From: Syntrophaceae bacterium
GTDB lineage: Bacteria > Desulfobacterota > Syntrophia > Syntrophales > Smithellaceae
DNA: 64,000 bases
NCBI GenBank assembly: GCA_009773315.1
Contig: WRPE01000011.1
Coordinates: 132 to 64,131, forward strand
Direction of reading: 5' to 3'
Below, piece after piece: positions 16,769 to 26,653 of the stretch. Made by a program: the position numbers and the translations under genes. The notes below the pieces were generated by a model. It searched no databases, was not told the origin of the DNA, and was given only the letters and a program-made list of their open reading frames with translations. Within the stretch, counting starts at the first letter, position 1; every line of letters starts with the position of its first letter.

Positions 16769-18040
16769 ATGAATAAATTTAATCCCGGCACCTATCTTTC
16801 CGGCCTGAATATTGACGTGATGCGTTTTGGCCTGGAGGCGATCAACGAATTGTTGTCTCGGATGGGGAATCCGCAGAACTCATTTCCTTCGGTCTTAATT
16901 GGCGGCACCAACGGCAAGGGATCCACCGCCGTCATGCTGGCTTCGATTCTGCAGCAAGCAGGTTTAAAAGTAGGTCTCTATACATCGCCGCATCTGATCG
17001 ATATTCGTGAAAGAATCGTTGTCAATCGAATGAAAATATCCCGTAAGGACCTGGGGGGGCTGATTGCTGAGATCAAAGATCACACCGTGCAGCCGGTTAC
17101 TTATTTTGAGTGTTTGACGGCTGCCGCTTTTCTTTATTTTTCCCGCCGGAAAGTGGATATTGCCGTTTTGGAAGTGGGCTTAGGCGGGAGGTTGGATGCA
17201 ACCAATATCTGTCAGCCGCTGATTTCGGTGATCACCAATATCGCGTTGGAGCATACAGCTTATCTGGGTAAAACGCTGGAAGCGATTGCCCGTGAAAAAG
17301 CCGGGATCATCAAAAAAAACGGGGTTTGTGTCACTGCCGCGACACAAAGAAGAGTCATCGATGTTTTTAACGGGATATGCCACAAGCAGCAGGCCGAGTT
17401 TCTGCGTCTCGGTATTGATTTTAAAATGAAAATCCATCAGGACGAATCAATATCGTATGAAGGACAAAGCCGTAAAATTAACCAACTTACCATGCCTCTG
17501 CGGGGGCCGCATCAGTTGTCCAATGCAGCCCTGGCCTTGGCAGCCATTGAAGTTTTGGAGAAGAAGGGTTACCGGATTGATGATCAGGCTGTCCAGAAGG
17601 GCCTGGCGCAAACCCGCTGGGAAGCAAGACTGGAAGTCCTGCGGCCAAGTCCGCTGTTCCTGTTGGACGGCGCGCACAATCCGGCGGGCATCGTATCGCT
17701 TTGCCGCGCATTGGGAAAGGATTTCTCCGGCCGTCGGCTGATCCTAATCTTCAGCACTCTGGCCGATAAGGATTATCGCCGCATGATGCGCAAGATAGCG
17801 CCGCTGGCTCACCAGATATTTTTGCCGCTGTTAAAGACGAAGCGCGCTGTGCCGCCAACGGTGCTGGCGGCATTCCTCGAGAGCCTCGGTTATTCGGCCC
17901 AGATATCCGACAGCGTAACTGCATCTGTTCGGCAGGCGCTCCAATACGCCGGTGAAAACGATTTGATCTTAGCTTGTGGTTCGCTTTATCTTGCCGGAGA
18001 GGTTAAAACAGATATTTCATCAAAGGCGTTCTTGTGGTAA
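16769..18040 (+). CDS. folC: Bifunctional folylpolyglutamate synthase / dihydrofolate synthase
   Basis: Mur-ligase fold with GGTNGKGST P-loop, SPHLIDIRERI and LDGAHNPAG motifs. Confidence 0.9.
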   Translation: MNKFNPGTYLSGLNIDVMRFGLEAINELLSRMGNPQNSFPSVLIGGTNGKGSTAVMLASILQQAGLKVGLYTSPHLIDIRERIVVNRMKISRKDLGGLIAEIKDHTVQPVTYFECLTAAAFLYFSRRKVDIAVLEVGLGGRLDATNICQPLISVITNIALEHTAYLGKTLEAIAREKAGIIKKNGVCVTAATQRRVIDVFNGICHKQQAEFLRLGIDFKMKIHQDESISYEGQSRKINQLTMPLRGPHQLSNAALALAAIEVLEKKGYRIDDQAVQKGLAQTRWEARLEVLRPSPLFLLDGAHNPAGIVSLCRALGKDFSGRRLILIFSTLADKDYRRMMRKIAPLAHQIFLPLLKTKRAVPPTVLAAFLESLGYSAQISDSVTASVRQALQYAGENDLILACGSLYLAGEVKTDISSKAFLW

Positions 18041-18150
18041 GGGACGAAGCGCATGCAAGAGCGTGAAGCGAAAGAAACAGGGAACGGTCAGCTTGCCCGG
18101 CGTATGCTCGGGGGACAATTCCCGTTGTGATTTAAGGATTATAAACAAGG

Positions 18151-20385
18151 TTGATGAATTTGCCGATCAGATTGAGACAATATATCGGAATGGTAACGGG
18201 GGCGATTTTTGTCCTGTGCGTGAGCAGCAATATTTTTGCTCAGGATATCAAAGTACCTGCTGACGCACCGGTAAAGATCGAAGCGGATAACCTGTCCTAC
18301 GATAACGAACGCGATGTTTACTCGGCTTTTGGCAATGTCGTCATAACTTATGGTGATGGTGTCTTAACCGCCGCCAACGTTGAGTTTGATCGAAAGAATA
18401 ATCTTGCGACCGCAGAGGGCGGTGCATTTCTGAAGATGGCGGAGGATTCGCTCGCGGGCGATAAAATAGTTGTTAATGTACAGAATAAAACCGGTGCGGC
18501 CTATAACGCCAAAGCCTTTTACGCGCGCAATCATTTCTACATAAAAGGGGACAAAATCGAGAAAACCGGCGAGAATAGCTATCGTATCGAAAAGCCTTTG
18601 GCCACTACTTGTGACGGCGAGAATCCCGACTGGCAACTGGCCGGATCGGAGATGGAATTGACCGTTGAAGGGTACGGCTGGTTGAAGAATGCCCGCTTGA
18701 TGACCAAAGGCGTGCCGGTAATCTATACCCCCCTCATAGCGTTTCCCGCGAAAACCAAGCGCCAGACAGGATTGCTTTTCCCTTATCTTGCCTACTCCAG
18801 AGATAAAGACGGTGTAGATGTCGAGATTCCTTTTTTCTGGGCGATTAATCCCCAAATGGACGCGACATTTTATTCGCGTTACATCGAAAAAAGAGGATTT
18901 AAAGAAGGCGCGGAATTCCGGTATTTCGCTGGCAGCAAGTCTTTTGGCACGCTCTATGGCGACTATATGGAAGACAACAAACACGTTACGGAAACCATCG
19001 GCAACACGTTAAGCCGCGACTGGCAGGATATGCACAGGCGATGGTCTTTCATGGTCAATCATCAGACGAATTTTGATTCGCAATTTTATGTCCGGACAGA
19101 TTTGCGTCGTGTTTCCGATGCGTGGTATTTTCGTGACTTTAATGCTCATAACTATTATTTGACTCATTATACCGGTTCGGAAGAAGACCCTTTTCGGAAA
19201 ATTCCTTTTCAAGGGAATGAGTCCTTGCGTTCTCTCGAATCATCGGCGCGTGTGTTCAAGGGATGGAATAACTATAATGTGATGGCGCGCGTCAGCTCAA
19301 CGGACGATTTTGCGGTCAACAATAATGACCGGACCCTGCAACAGTATCCGGAGATCGTTTTGACCGGCATCAAGCAGCCGCTTTTTTCCACGCCTGTGTA
19401 TTTTGAATTTGCCGGTCATTATGACTATTTTTACCGGGGCGAAGGATCCAGAGGGCACTATGTTGATCTTTCGCCGACGATTTCACTGCCTTTTAACATT
19501 TCCAGTTATGCGAAGATCACCCCGCAACTCACTGTGCGGGAAATCTATTGGAATCGCGAAGACAATGCGTTTGATTCCGAAAATAGAAGCGGCAGCCGCA
19601 CGATTTATAATGCCGGCCTAACGGTCAGCAGTCGGCTTTCCCGCGTTTTCGATGTCAGCATTCTGAACTGGGACAAAGTCCGGCATGAAATCAAACCCGA
19701 AGTTTTTTATTCCTATACGCCCGGTGTCCGACAAGACAATATTCCCGATTATTTGCCGAAGATAAGTTCGTTGCTCGATCCATTCACGTCTTTTAATATC
19801 AATAACACAAATGTCTTAACCGAACAAAACGCGTTGGCCTGGTCTCTTACCAATACGGTTACCGCCCGGATCAAAGACAAAACCAGGATTGGTAATTATT
19901 TGGAATTATTACGCTTTAAGCTGTTTCAGGTCTATGACATTAACGAAGCCAGAAAAGAGATGGCAGGATCCACCGGGGATAGGCGACCCATGTCGGATAT
20001 AGGGATGGAGCTTGATCTGAAGCCCCATTCTTATTTGTCCTTTGCGGCCCGTAATAAATATAGTCCCTACAGCGGCTGGAAAGAAATGAACTATGATCTG
20101 GCCATCAGTGACTGGCGCGGTGATAAGCTGACGTTCGGTTACCGTTATACGCGGGATTCCATCGAAGAGATTAATATGGACTTAAAAGCGGTCATCACCG
20201 AGCGCCTGAGTGGCCAATTCGTTATCCGGCGTGATCAGTTTAACAATCAGACCGTGGAAACCACGGTTGGACTGGTCTATACGGAGCAATGCTGGGGTGT
20301 GGGGGTGGCCTATACCAAGACACACGATGATGAAAGAATTATGCTGAAAATATCCCTGGCCGGATTAGGTATGCTTGGGATTTGA
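18151..20385 (+). CDS. lptD: LPS-assembly outer-membrane protein LptD
   Basis: Signal peptide, OstA-like N-terminal domain (IEADNLSYDNERDVYSAFGNVV...) and a large C-terminal barrel (GLLFPY..., WGVGVAY...). Confidence 0.85.
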   Translation: MMNLPIRLRQYIGMVTGAIFVLCVSSNIFAQDIKVPADAPVKIEADNLSYDNERDVYSAFGNVVITYGDGVLTAANVEFDRKNNLATAEGGAFLKMAEDSLAGDKIVVNVQNKTGAAYNAKAFYARNHFYIKGDKIEKTGENSYRIEKPLATTCDGENPDWQLAGSEMELTVEGYGWLKNARLMTKGVPVIYTPLIAFPAKTKRQTGLLFPYLAYSRDKDGVDVEIPFFWAINPQMDATFYSRYIEKRGFKEGAEFRYFAGSKSFGTLYGDYMEDNKHVTETIGNTLSRDWQDMHRRWSFMVNHQTNFDSQFYVRTDLRRVSDAWYFRDFNAHNYYLTHYTGSEEDPFRKIPFQGNESLRSLESSARVFKGWNNYNVMARVSSTDDFAVNNNDRTLQQYPEIVLTGIKQPLFSTPVYFEFAGHYDYFYRGEGSRGHYVDLSPTISLPFNISSYAKITPQLTVREIYWNREDNAFDSENRSGSRTIYNAGLTVSSRLSRVFDVSILNWDKVRHEIKPEVFYSYTPGVRQDNIPDYLPKISSLLDPFTSFNINNTNVLTEQNALAWSLTNTVTARIKDKTRIGNYLELLRFKLFQVYDINEARKEMAGSTGDRRPMSDIGMELDLKPHSYLSFAARNKYSPYSGWKEMNYDLAISDWRGDKLTFGYRYTRDSIEEINMDLKAVITERLSGQFVIRRDQFNNQTVETTVGLVYTEQCWGVGVAYTKTHDDERIMLKISLAGLGMLGI

Positions 20386-20487
20386 TGATGTATTTACCTG
20401 TTACGGATTATGCTATTTATTATTTTGGTCATCAGATCTAACCGGTATTGGAAATTATATTGTGATTCAAATATTCAAATATTTTTC

Positions 20488-20516
20488 TTGACAAACAAAC
20501 AGGAATTGCATAGTTT
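20488..20516 (+). promoter_or_regulatory. Candidate promoter of rplM-rpsI
   Basis: TTGACA at 20488-20493. TG-extended -10-like TGCATAGTT lies around 20507-20515. Confidence 0.4.
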
Positions 20517-20551
20517 ACGTCTTTAAATTTTTAACTAAGTGGTGGTTTACT

Positions 20552-20980
20552 ATGAAAACATTTTCAGCGAAGGCAGAAGAGACAAAACAAGACTGGTACG
20601 TGGTCGATGCATCCGATAAAGTATTAGGAAGGTTGGCTAGCCAGATTGCCCTGCGCCTTCGGGGCAAACACAAAGCTATTTATACGCCGCATGTCGATAC
20701 CGGCGATTTTATCGTGGTGGTGAATGCCGAAAAGATTGCCCTGACCGGCAAAAAGCTTACCGATAAAATTTATTATTCCTATTCCGGTTATCCGGGAGGG
20801 TTAAGAGAAACGGCCGCCGGTAAAATGCTGGCGGAAAAGCCGGAAAATCTCATTCGTATCGCTGTGGCCGGGATGATGCCCAAGAATAATCTCGGCAGAA
20901 AGATGCTTAAGAAACTGAAAGTTTACAGCGGCAATGCGCATCCGCATGAAGCCCAGTGTCCACAGGCATTAGCGGTTTAA
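20552..20980 (+). CDS. rplM: 50S ribosomal protein L13
   Basis: Starts [20 protein letters not shown]...LGRLAS and contains [23 protein letters not shown], canonical L13 sequence. Confidence 0.97.
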   Translation: MKTFSAKAEETKQDWYVVDASDKVLGRLASQIALRLRGKHKAIYTPHVDTGDFIVVVNAEKIALTGKKLTDKIYYSYSGYPGGLRETAAGKMLAEKPENLIRIAVAGMMPKNNLGRKMLKKLKVYSGNAHPHEAQCPQALAV

Positions 20981-21026
20981 TTACCCGGAACTCTGAAGAA
21001 TTGATTATATTTTTATGGGAGAAGTC

Positions 21027-21419
21027 ATGACAGTACAACGTTTTTATGCAACCGGTAAGAGAAAGAGCGCTATTGCCCGCGTCTATATGAAAGCAGGTAG
21101 TGGTAATATCGTGGTTAACAAGAGAAATTATGAGGAATATTTTTCCCGTCCCATCCTGAAGATGATCATTCGTCAGCCTCTGGATATCACCGGCAAGAAC
21201 GATCAGTTTGATTTTTATATCAATGTCGGCGGCGGTGGTGTCGCGGGACAAGCGGGAGCTGTCAAACATGGCATTTCCAAAGCGCTTCTGGAGTATGACG
21301 CCGAGTTGCGCCCCATACTGAAAAAGGCAGGTTTTTTAACACGTGACGCCCGCGTCGTTGAGAGAAAAAAATATGGACAACCGGGAGCCCGCAAGAAATT
21401 CCAATTCTCCAAACGCTAA
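21027..21419 (+). CDS. rpsI: 30S ribosomal protein S9
   Basis: ...[14 protein letters not shown]...[19 protein letters not shown]...[12 protein letters not shown]...[13 protein letters not shown] 21027 follows SD GGGAGA; ATG 21015 is an alternative start. Confidence 0.95.
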   Translation: MTVQRFYATGKRKSAIARVYMKAGSGNIVVNKRNYEEYFSRPILKMIIRQPLDITGKNDQFDFYINVGGGGVAGQAGAVKHGISKALLEYDAELRPILKKAGFLTRDARVVERKKYGQPGARKKFQFSKR

Positions 21420-21425
21420 TCATCC

Positions 21426-21457
21426 AAGGGGGGCTTTCAGGCCTCCCTTTTTTTTGG
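21426..21457 (+). terminator. Rho-independent terminator after rpsI
   Basis: AAGGGGGGC (21426-21434) pairs with GCCTCCCTT (21441-21449), including one G-U pair. An 8-T run follows. Confidence 0.8.
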
Positions 21458-21464
21458 AGTTTTT

Positions 21465-22505
21465 ATGAAAATTAAAGCAGCGATTTTCGGGGCCAGCGGT
21501 TACACAGGTCAGGAACTCATCAGAATTTTATCCAGGCATCCGCAGGCGGAATTGATGGCCGTTACCTCCAGGCGTTATGACGGCGTGAAGGTTTCGGACG
21601 TGTTTCCGTCGCTTTCCGGTTTAACGTCACTGACCTATTCAAACGCAACACCCCAGGAGATTGCCAAACTCTGCGATGTGGTTTTTCTGGCTCTTCCTCA
21701 CGGCGTTTCCATGGACATTGCTCCCGTCTTTATCAAGGCGGGTAAAAAAGTGATCGATCTTTCCGCCGACTATCGCCTGCGAGATCTGACCGCTTACGAA
21801 AAGTGGTACGCCAAACACAATAGCGCCGATCTTTTCGGGCAGGCGGTCTATGGGCTTCCTGAGCTTTACCGGCAGGAGATCAAAAAATCCCGGTTGATTG
21901 CCAATCCGGGTTGTTATCCGACCAGTATCATTCTGGGCCTGATGCCCGCGTTGAAAAACAATCTGCTGGATGTTTCCACGATCATTGCCGATTCGGCCTC
22001 CGGTGTGAGTGGCGCAGGCCGGGACCCTCTCGTGGGATCGCTTTTTTGCGAAGTTGATGGTGGATTTAAAGCCTATAAAGTCGGTAAGCACAGGCATACG
22101 CCGGAAATTGAGCAGGAACTCAACACGCTGGCCGGGGGAAAATTTGCTATTTCCTTCACGCCGCATTTATTGCCGGTGAAAAGGGGTATCTTGAGCACGG
22201 TTTACGCGACGCTCACGAAAGACATAACGCTTGCCGAGCTTCATTCGCTGTATGTATCCGCTTATGCTGCGGAAAAATTTGTACGGATAAGCCCTGCCGG
22301 GACGTATCCCAATATTTCGTCCGTTTGCGGATCAAACTACTGCGATATCGGTTTAGCTGTTGATCCACGGACCAACCGGGTGATTATTATTTCCGCCATT
22401 GACAATTTGATCAAGGGAGCTGCCGGACAGGCCGTGCAGAACATGAATTTGGTCTGTTCTCTGGCTGAAGACGGTGGTTTGCAGATGTCCCCGCTTTATC
22501 CTTGA
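21465..22505 (+). CDS. argC: N-acetyl-gamma-glutamyl-phosphate reductase
   Basis: GASGYTGQELIRIL NAD-binding N-terminus and active-site region ANPGCYPTS. Confidence 0.93.
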   Translation: MKIKAAIFGASGYTGQELIRILSRHPQAELMAVTSRRYDGVKVSDVFPSLSGLTSLTYSNATPQEIAKLCDVVFLALPHGVSMDIAPVFIKAGKKVIDLSADYRLRDLTAYEKWYAKHNSADLFGQAVYGLPELYRQEIKKSRLIANPGCYPTSIILGLMPALKNNLLDVSTIIADSASGVSGAGRDPLVGSLFCEVDGGFKAYKVGKHRHTPEIEQELNTLAGGKFAISFTPHLLPVKRGILSTVYATLTKDITLAELHSLYVSAYAAEKFVRISPAGTYPNISSVCGSNYCDIGLAVDPRTNRVIIISAIDNLIKGAAGQAVQNMNLVCSLAEDGGLQMSPLYP

Positions 22506-22520
22506 TGAAAGTAATAAAAC

Positions 22521-23990
22521 ATGCCTCAAAAAATATTTAATACCAGAACAAGACAAAAGGAAACACTTAAACCGATTAAAGAGGGTGCTGTCGGCATGTA
22601 TGTTTGCGGCATTACGGCATACGACGTCTGCCACGTCGGTCATGCCCGCGCAGCGGTGGTTTTTGATGTGGTTTTCCGGCATTTAAAGGCGAGTGGTTAC
22701 AATGTGACGTATGTCAAAAACTTTACCGATATTGACGACAAAATCATTGATCGGGCGAATAAAGAAGGCGTCGGCATTGCTCAAATAGCCGAACGGTATA
22801 TCAAACTGCATGATGAAGATATGGCAGCGCTCAATGTTCTGACACCCACCGTGACGCCAAAGGCGACCGAGCATATGGCGGAGATGATCACTTTGATTTC
22901 AATGCTGGAGAAAAAAGGCATTGCTTACTCAGTGGACGGCGATGTGTTTTTTGCGGTGAATAATTTTCCTGCATACGGCGGATTGTCAGGACGCCATTTG
23001 GATGAAATGACGGCTGGCGCCCGCGTGGACATCAATGACAAGAAAAGGAACCCGCTGGATTTTGTGCTGTGGAAAAAGAGTAAGGAAGGCGAGCCTTTCT
23101 GGGAAAGTCCGTGGGGAGAGGGCAGGCCGGGCTGGCATATTGAATGCTCGGCCATGAGCCGGCGTTATCTGGGCGAGACATTCGACATTCATGGGGGCGG
23201 CGAAGACTTGGTTTTCCCGCATCACGAAAATGAAATTGCTCAATCTCAAGCGGCAACGGGAAAACCCTTGGCCAATTATTGGATGCACAATGGTTTTGTG
23301 AAGATCAACGCCGAAAAGATGTCTAAATCACTGGGGAATATCTTTCCGATACGGGAGATCATCAAACAATACCATCCGGAAGCCTTACGCCTGTTTATGC
23401 TCCAGAGCCATTACCGAAGCCCCGTGGATTATTCGGATACGTCGCTCAAAGAAGCCAGGACGGCGCTTATTCGCTGCTATACTGCCCTGCAGCTCATGAA
23501 AGAAACGCGGGCGTTAGCCCCGCAAGCACAAGAAAAGCTTCTACCCACACCGTTGGAGTACGTTCATAAATTAAATGAATTAAAAGAAAAGTTTAACGCC
23601 GCGCTGGACGATGATTTTAATACAGCGCAGGCCCTGGGTTATATTTTCGACACTGCCCGGTTGATTAATAATATTACGACTGCGGAAAAGAAGATGCCCG
23701 TATCAACCAAGCAGGTCATCCTGGAAACGGCAGCACGTGTATTTATGCATTTTGGCGATGTGCTGGGTGTTTTTCAGTCTGATCCGGAGATCTTCTTTCA
23801 AATCGACCGCGATATGGAAGTCGGGAAGCGCGGCCTGGATGTTTCCAAAATAGAAGCGCTGATTCTGGAGCGGCAAAAAGCCCGCGAAGGAAAAGACTGG
23901 AGCCGGGCTGACGATATCCGTCAGGAACTGGCTTCGCAGAATGTTATCTTGAAGGATGCAGCAGGCCAGACAACCTGGTCGATAGAGTAG
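22521..23990 (+). CDS. cysS: Cysteine--tRNA ligase
   Basis: HIGH-type motif (CHVGHAR), WHIECS zinc/cysteine-binding region and KMSKSLGN. Confidence 0.97.
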   Translation: MPQKIFNTRTRQKETLKPIKEGAVGMYVCGITAYDVCHVGHARAAVVFDVVFRHLKASGYNVTYVKNFTDIDDKIIDRANKEGVGIAQIAERYIKLHDEDMAALNVLTPTVTPKATEHMAEMITLISMLEKKGIAYSVDGDVFFAVNNFPAYGGLSGRHLDEMTAGARVDINDKKRNPLDFVLWKKSKEGEPFWESPWGEGRPGWHIECSAMSRRYLGETFDIHGGGEDLVFPHHENEIAQSQAATGKPLANYWMHNGFVKINAEKMSKSLGNIFPIREIIKQYHPEALRLFMLQSHYRSPVDYSDTSLKEARTALIRCYTALQLMKETRALAPQAQEKLLPTPLEYVHKLNELKEKFNAALDDDFNTAQALGYIFDTARLINNITTAEKKMPVSTKQVILETAARVFMHFGDVLGVFQSDPEIFFQIDRDMEVGKRGLDVSKIEALILERQKAREGKDWSRADDIRQELASQNVILKDAAGQTTWSIE

Positions 23991-24035
23991 GAAACATGCC
24001 TCCCGGTTTTCACACGTCCAGTCCACAACAGCATT

Positions 24036-24140
24036 TTTAATCCCGCTGTTGCGGGACGAGCGTCAATTCTCCGCGAGCTTGCTCGCGATATCTTGACGGT
24101 CATTTCATACCTCGACAGCGAGCTCGCGAGGTGGTTGATT
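24036..24140 (+). repeat. Composite REP-like intergenic repeat, copy 1 (full length, about 105 bp)
   Basis: Modules are AATCCCGCTGTTGCGGGACGAGCG (hairpin), CCGCGAGCTTGCTCGCGA (hairpin) and CGACAGCGAGCTCGCGAGGTGGTTGAT. About 90 percent identical to the reverse complement of 34396-34497. Confidence 0.85.
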
Positions 24141-24258
24141 ATTTCTTTCCTGATTGCCGAAATATATGGAAAATAACTGAAGTAATGGTATATACTTCTA
24201 TTCATTGAAGGCATTACTTTATATAAAACAAAATATCTTGTTTACAATGAGGCAGAGC

Positions 24259-25578
24259 ATGAAAAATATATCCCGTAAATGGCCATTATTCGTCATCATT
24301 CTCCTTGGACTTTTTGTTATTTTCGGGCCGTATTCCGACAGCAAGGTTTCTGGTCGGGACAAAAATATCTACAAAGAGATTAAAACATTCAATGAAGTTT
24401 TGGATATGGTGCAGAAAAACTACGTTGATGAAGTGGATTCCTCCGTCTTGATTCAGGGTGCCATTAGCGGCATGATGAAGTCCCTCGATCCCCATAGCTC
24501 GTTTATGACCGCCGAAATTTATAAAGAACTGGAAGTGGAAACGCAGGGGCGTTTTGGTGGGATCGGCATTGAAATAACTATTTTAAAAGATATTTTAACC
24601 GTTGTTTCTCCTATCGAGGATACACCCGCGTACAAAGCCGGAGTGAAATCCGGCGATCAGATCATCAAAATCGACGGTAAATTCACAAAAGATATTACCA
24701 TCATGGAAGCCGTGAAAAAGCTGCGCGGTCCAAAGGACAGCAAGGTGACTATCACCATTATGCGGGAGAATATGGTCCAGCCTAAAGATATTGTCCTGAC
24801 ACGCGCCGTTATCCAGATTAAAAGCGTCAAATCAAAGATATTTGATGATCATATCGGCTACATCCGCATCGCGTCTTTCCATGAGAGAACATCCACGGAT
24901 CTGCGTAAAGCGATGGCCGAGGTGGGTGCAAAAGCCAGTCCCATGAAGGGGTTGGTTTTGGATTTGAGAAATGATCCGGGTGGACTTCTGAATCAGGCGA
25001 TTGAGGTATCCAATATGTTTTTGAAGTCGGGGATGATTGTTTCCACCCGTGGTCGCACGAAAAACATGGAAACCAAAACAATGGCCAGGGACAATGGCAG
25101 TAAGGAAATAACGGTTCCGATGGTCGTCCTGGTGAATGAAGGCACGGCAAGCGCGGCGGAAATTGTCGCGGGTGCGCTGCAGGATAACGGTCGGGCTCTG
25201 ATTGTGGGGACGCAGACCTTTGGCAAAGCGTCCGTGCAAACCGTGATTCCTCTGGAAAACGGTTCCGCGCTGAAACTGACGACTGCCCGGTATTACACGC
25301 CCAGCGGCAGATCCATTCAGGCCGAGGGGATTAAACCGGATATTATTGTTAAGCTGGTGAAGCCTTCCGAGGAATCGGAGAATGGTCTTACGGAAAAACT
25401 TCGGGAAAAAGATCTCAAAGGCCACATCAAACCGGCCAAAGAAGACGGTACGCAGCTTGAGGAAAATAAAGTTGAAAGTCTCAAGGATGCCTCCGATTTA
25501 ACCAAAGACAATCAACTCCAGACGGCTATTGATATTTTGAAAAGCTGGCATATCATGAAAAAGAATCTGATCAACTGA
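24259..25578 (+). CDS. ctpA: Carboxy-terminal processing peptidase (S41 family) with PDZ domain
   Basis: GGIGIEI...PAYKAGVKSGDQI (PDZ), LDLRNDPGG, and NEGTASAAEIVAGALQD...G..TFGKASVQ (S41 catalytic region). ATG 24259 follows GAGG. Confidence 0.85.
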   Translation: MKNISRKWPLFVIILLGLFVIFGPYSDSKVSGRDKNIYKEIKTFNEVLDMVQKNYVDEVDSSVLIQGAISGMMKSLDPHSSFMTAEIYKELEVETQGRFGGIGIEITILKDILTVVSPIEDTPAYKAGVKSGDQIIKIDGKFTKDITIMEAVKKLRGPKDSKVTITIMRENMVQPKDIVLTRAVIQIKSVKSKIFDDHIGYIRIASFHERTSTDLRKAMAEVGAKASPMKGLVLDLRNDPGGLLNQAIEVSNMFLKSGMIVSTRGRTKNMETKTMARDNGSKEITVPMVVLVNEGTASAAEIVAGALQDNGRALIVGTQTFGKASVQTVIPLENGSALKLTTARYYTPSGRSIQAEGIKPDIIVKLVKPSEESENGLTEKLREKDLKGHIKPAKEDGTQLEENKVESLKDASDLTKDNQLQTAIDILKSWHIMKKNLIN

Positions 25579-25594
25579 TTCCGTTTTCACAGGG

Positions 25595-26608
25595 ATGTGG
25601 ATATTGTCAGCTATGAAAAAGAGAAAAAAGAACAATTTGTTAATGGTGGTTTTAATAGCGTCGATCGTCTTATCTATTGCCGCAATCGCTTACGTGATCA
25701 TGTTTCATCGGGAAGAAATAGTTGTGGTTAAGTCGCCGCCTGAACAGAAGAAGCAAACGACGCAACAGAAGGCCGCCGCAAAAGAAAGGCCGCAGGCTCT
25801 ATCGCCGGCGGAAGAGTTACGGGGAAAAGCCAAAGACCTCCCCCCGCTTCCGCCGGTTGCAGGGACCCCCGCGGAGGAAGAAGATGTTGTTGCTGCCAAA
25901 AGAACGTCGCCTCGGTTGAAGTTAAAGCAAATAGCCATAATTATTGATGATATTGGTTATGATATGATGCCGGTGCAGGAGCTTTTGCGCGTTGACGCGG
26001 ATATCACGTTTGCTATTTTACCGCTTCTTGCCCACTCACGGGAAGCAGCGGACATGTTGCATAAGGCCAATCGTGAAACCTTGCTGCATCTGCCGATGGA
26101 GCCGCTTTCCTATCCAAAGGAAAAACCGGGTAATGGCGCTCTTTTTTCGGATATGAATGATGAAGAGATTGTCTTTCAACTGGAAAAAAATCTGGCTTCT
26201 GTTCCTTATATCTCCGGCGTCAACAACCACATGGGCTCCAAATTCATGGCTGATGAAGAAAAGCTGATACTGGTTTTTAAACAATTGAAAAAGAAGAATT
26301 TGTTTTTTATCGATTCGCGGACGACCAACAATTCAAAAACCACGGCAGCTTCACAGAAAGTTCATTTGACTGTCGCGTCACGCAAAATCTTTCTGGACAA
26401 TAACCGTGATTATTCAAAAATCTATCAAATCCTGATGGATGTGGTCAACGCGCCGGCCGGTAACGAGCCGCTGATTGTGATCGGCCATCCTTATCCCGAG
26501 ACGATTCGAGCAATTAGAGACGCCAATAAATCTTTTCGGGAAAAAGGTGTTTCGATTGTTCCGGTATCGAAACTGATGAAAAAGAAATCATTGGAAGGCG
26601 CATCCTAA
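25595..26608 (+). CDS. Divergent polysaccharide deacetylase (YibQ-like) protein with N-terminal TM anchor
   Basis: IAIIIDDIGYD, LLHLPMEP and VNNHMGSKF motifs are typical of the YibQ/DUF610 family. The start is uncertain (25595 or 25613). Confidence 0.7.
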   Translation: MWILSAMKKRKKNNLLMVVLIASIVLSIAAIAYVIMFHREEIVVVKSPPEQKKQTTQQKAAAKERPQALSPAEELRGKAKDLPPLPPVAGTPAEEEDVVAAKRTSPRLKLKQIAIIIDDIGYDMMPVQELLRVDADITFAILPLLAHSREAADMLHKANRETLLHLPMEPLSYPKEKPGNGALFSDMNDEEIVFQLEKNLASVPYISGVNNHMGSKFMADEEKLILVFKQLKKKNLFFIDSRTTNNSKTTAASQKVHLTVASRKIFLDNNRDYSKIYQILMDVVNAPAGNEPLIVIGHPYPETIRAIRDANKSFREKGVSIVPVSKLMKKKSLEGAS

Positions 26609-26653
26609 TAAACGGGTTTTTCGGGATATAAGCATTGAGAGCAACCATACCTT

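Noticed and set aside
23921-24214. ORFs 23921-24214 (-) and 34339-34620 (+), which share the peptide ...ARPATAGLK....
   Set aside because: The shared peptide comes from translating the REP-like repeat in both loci. There is no independent coding evidence.
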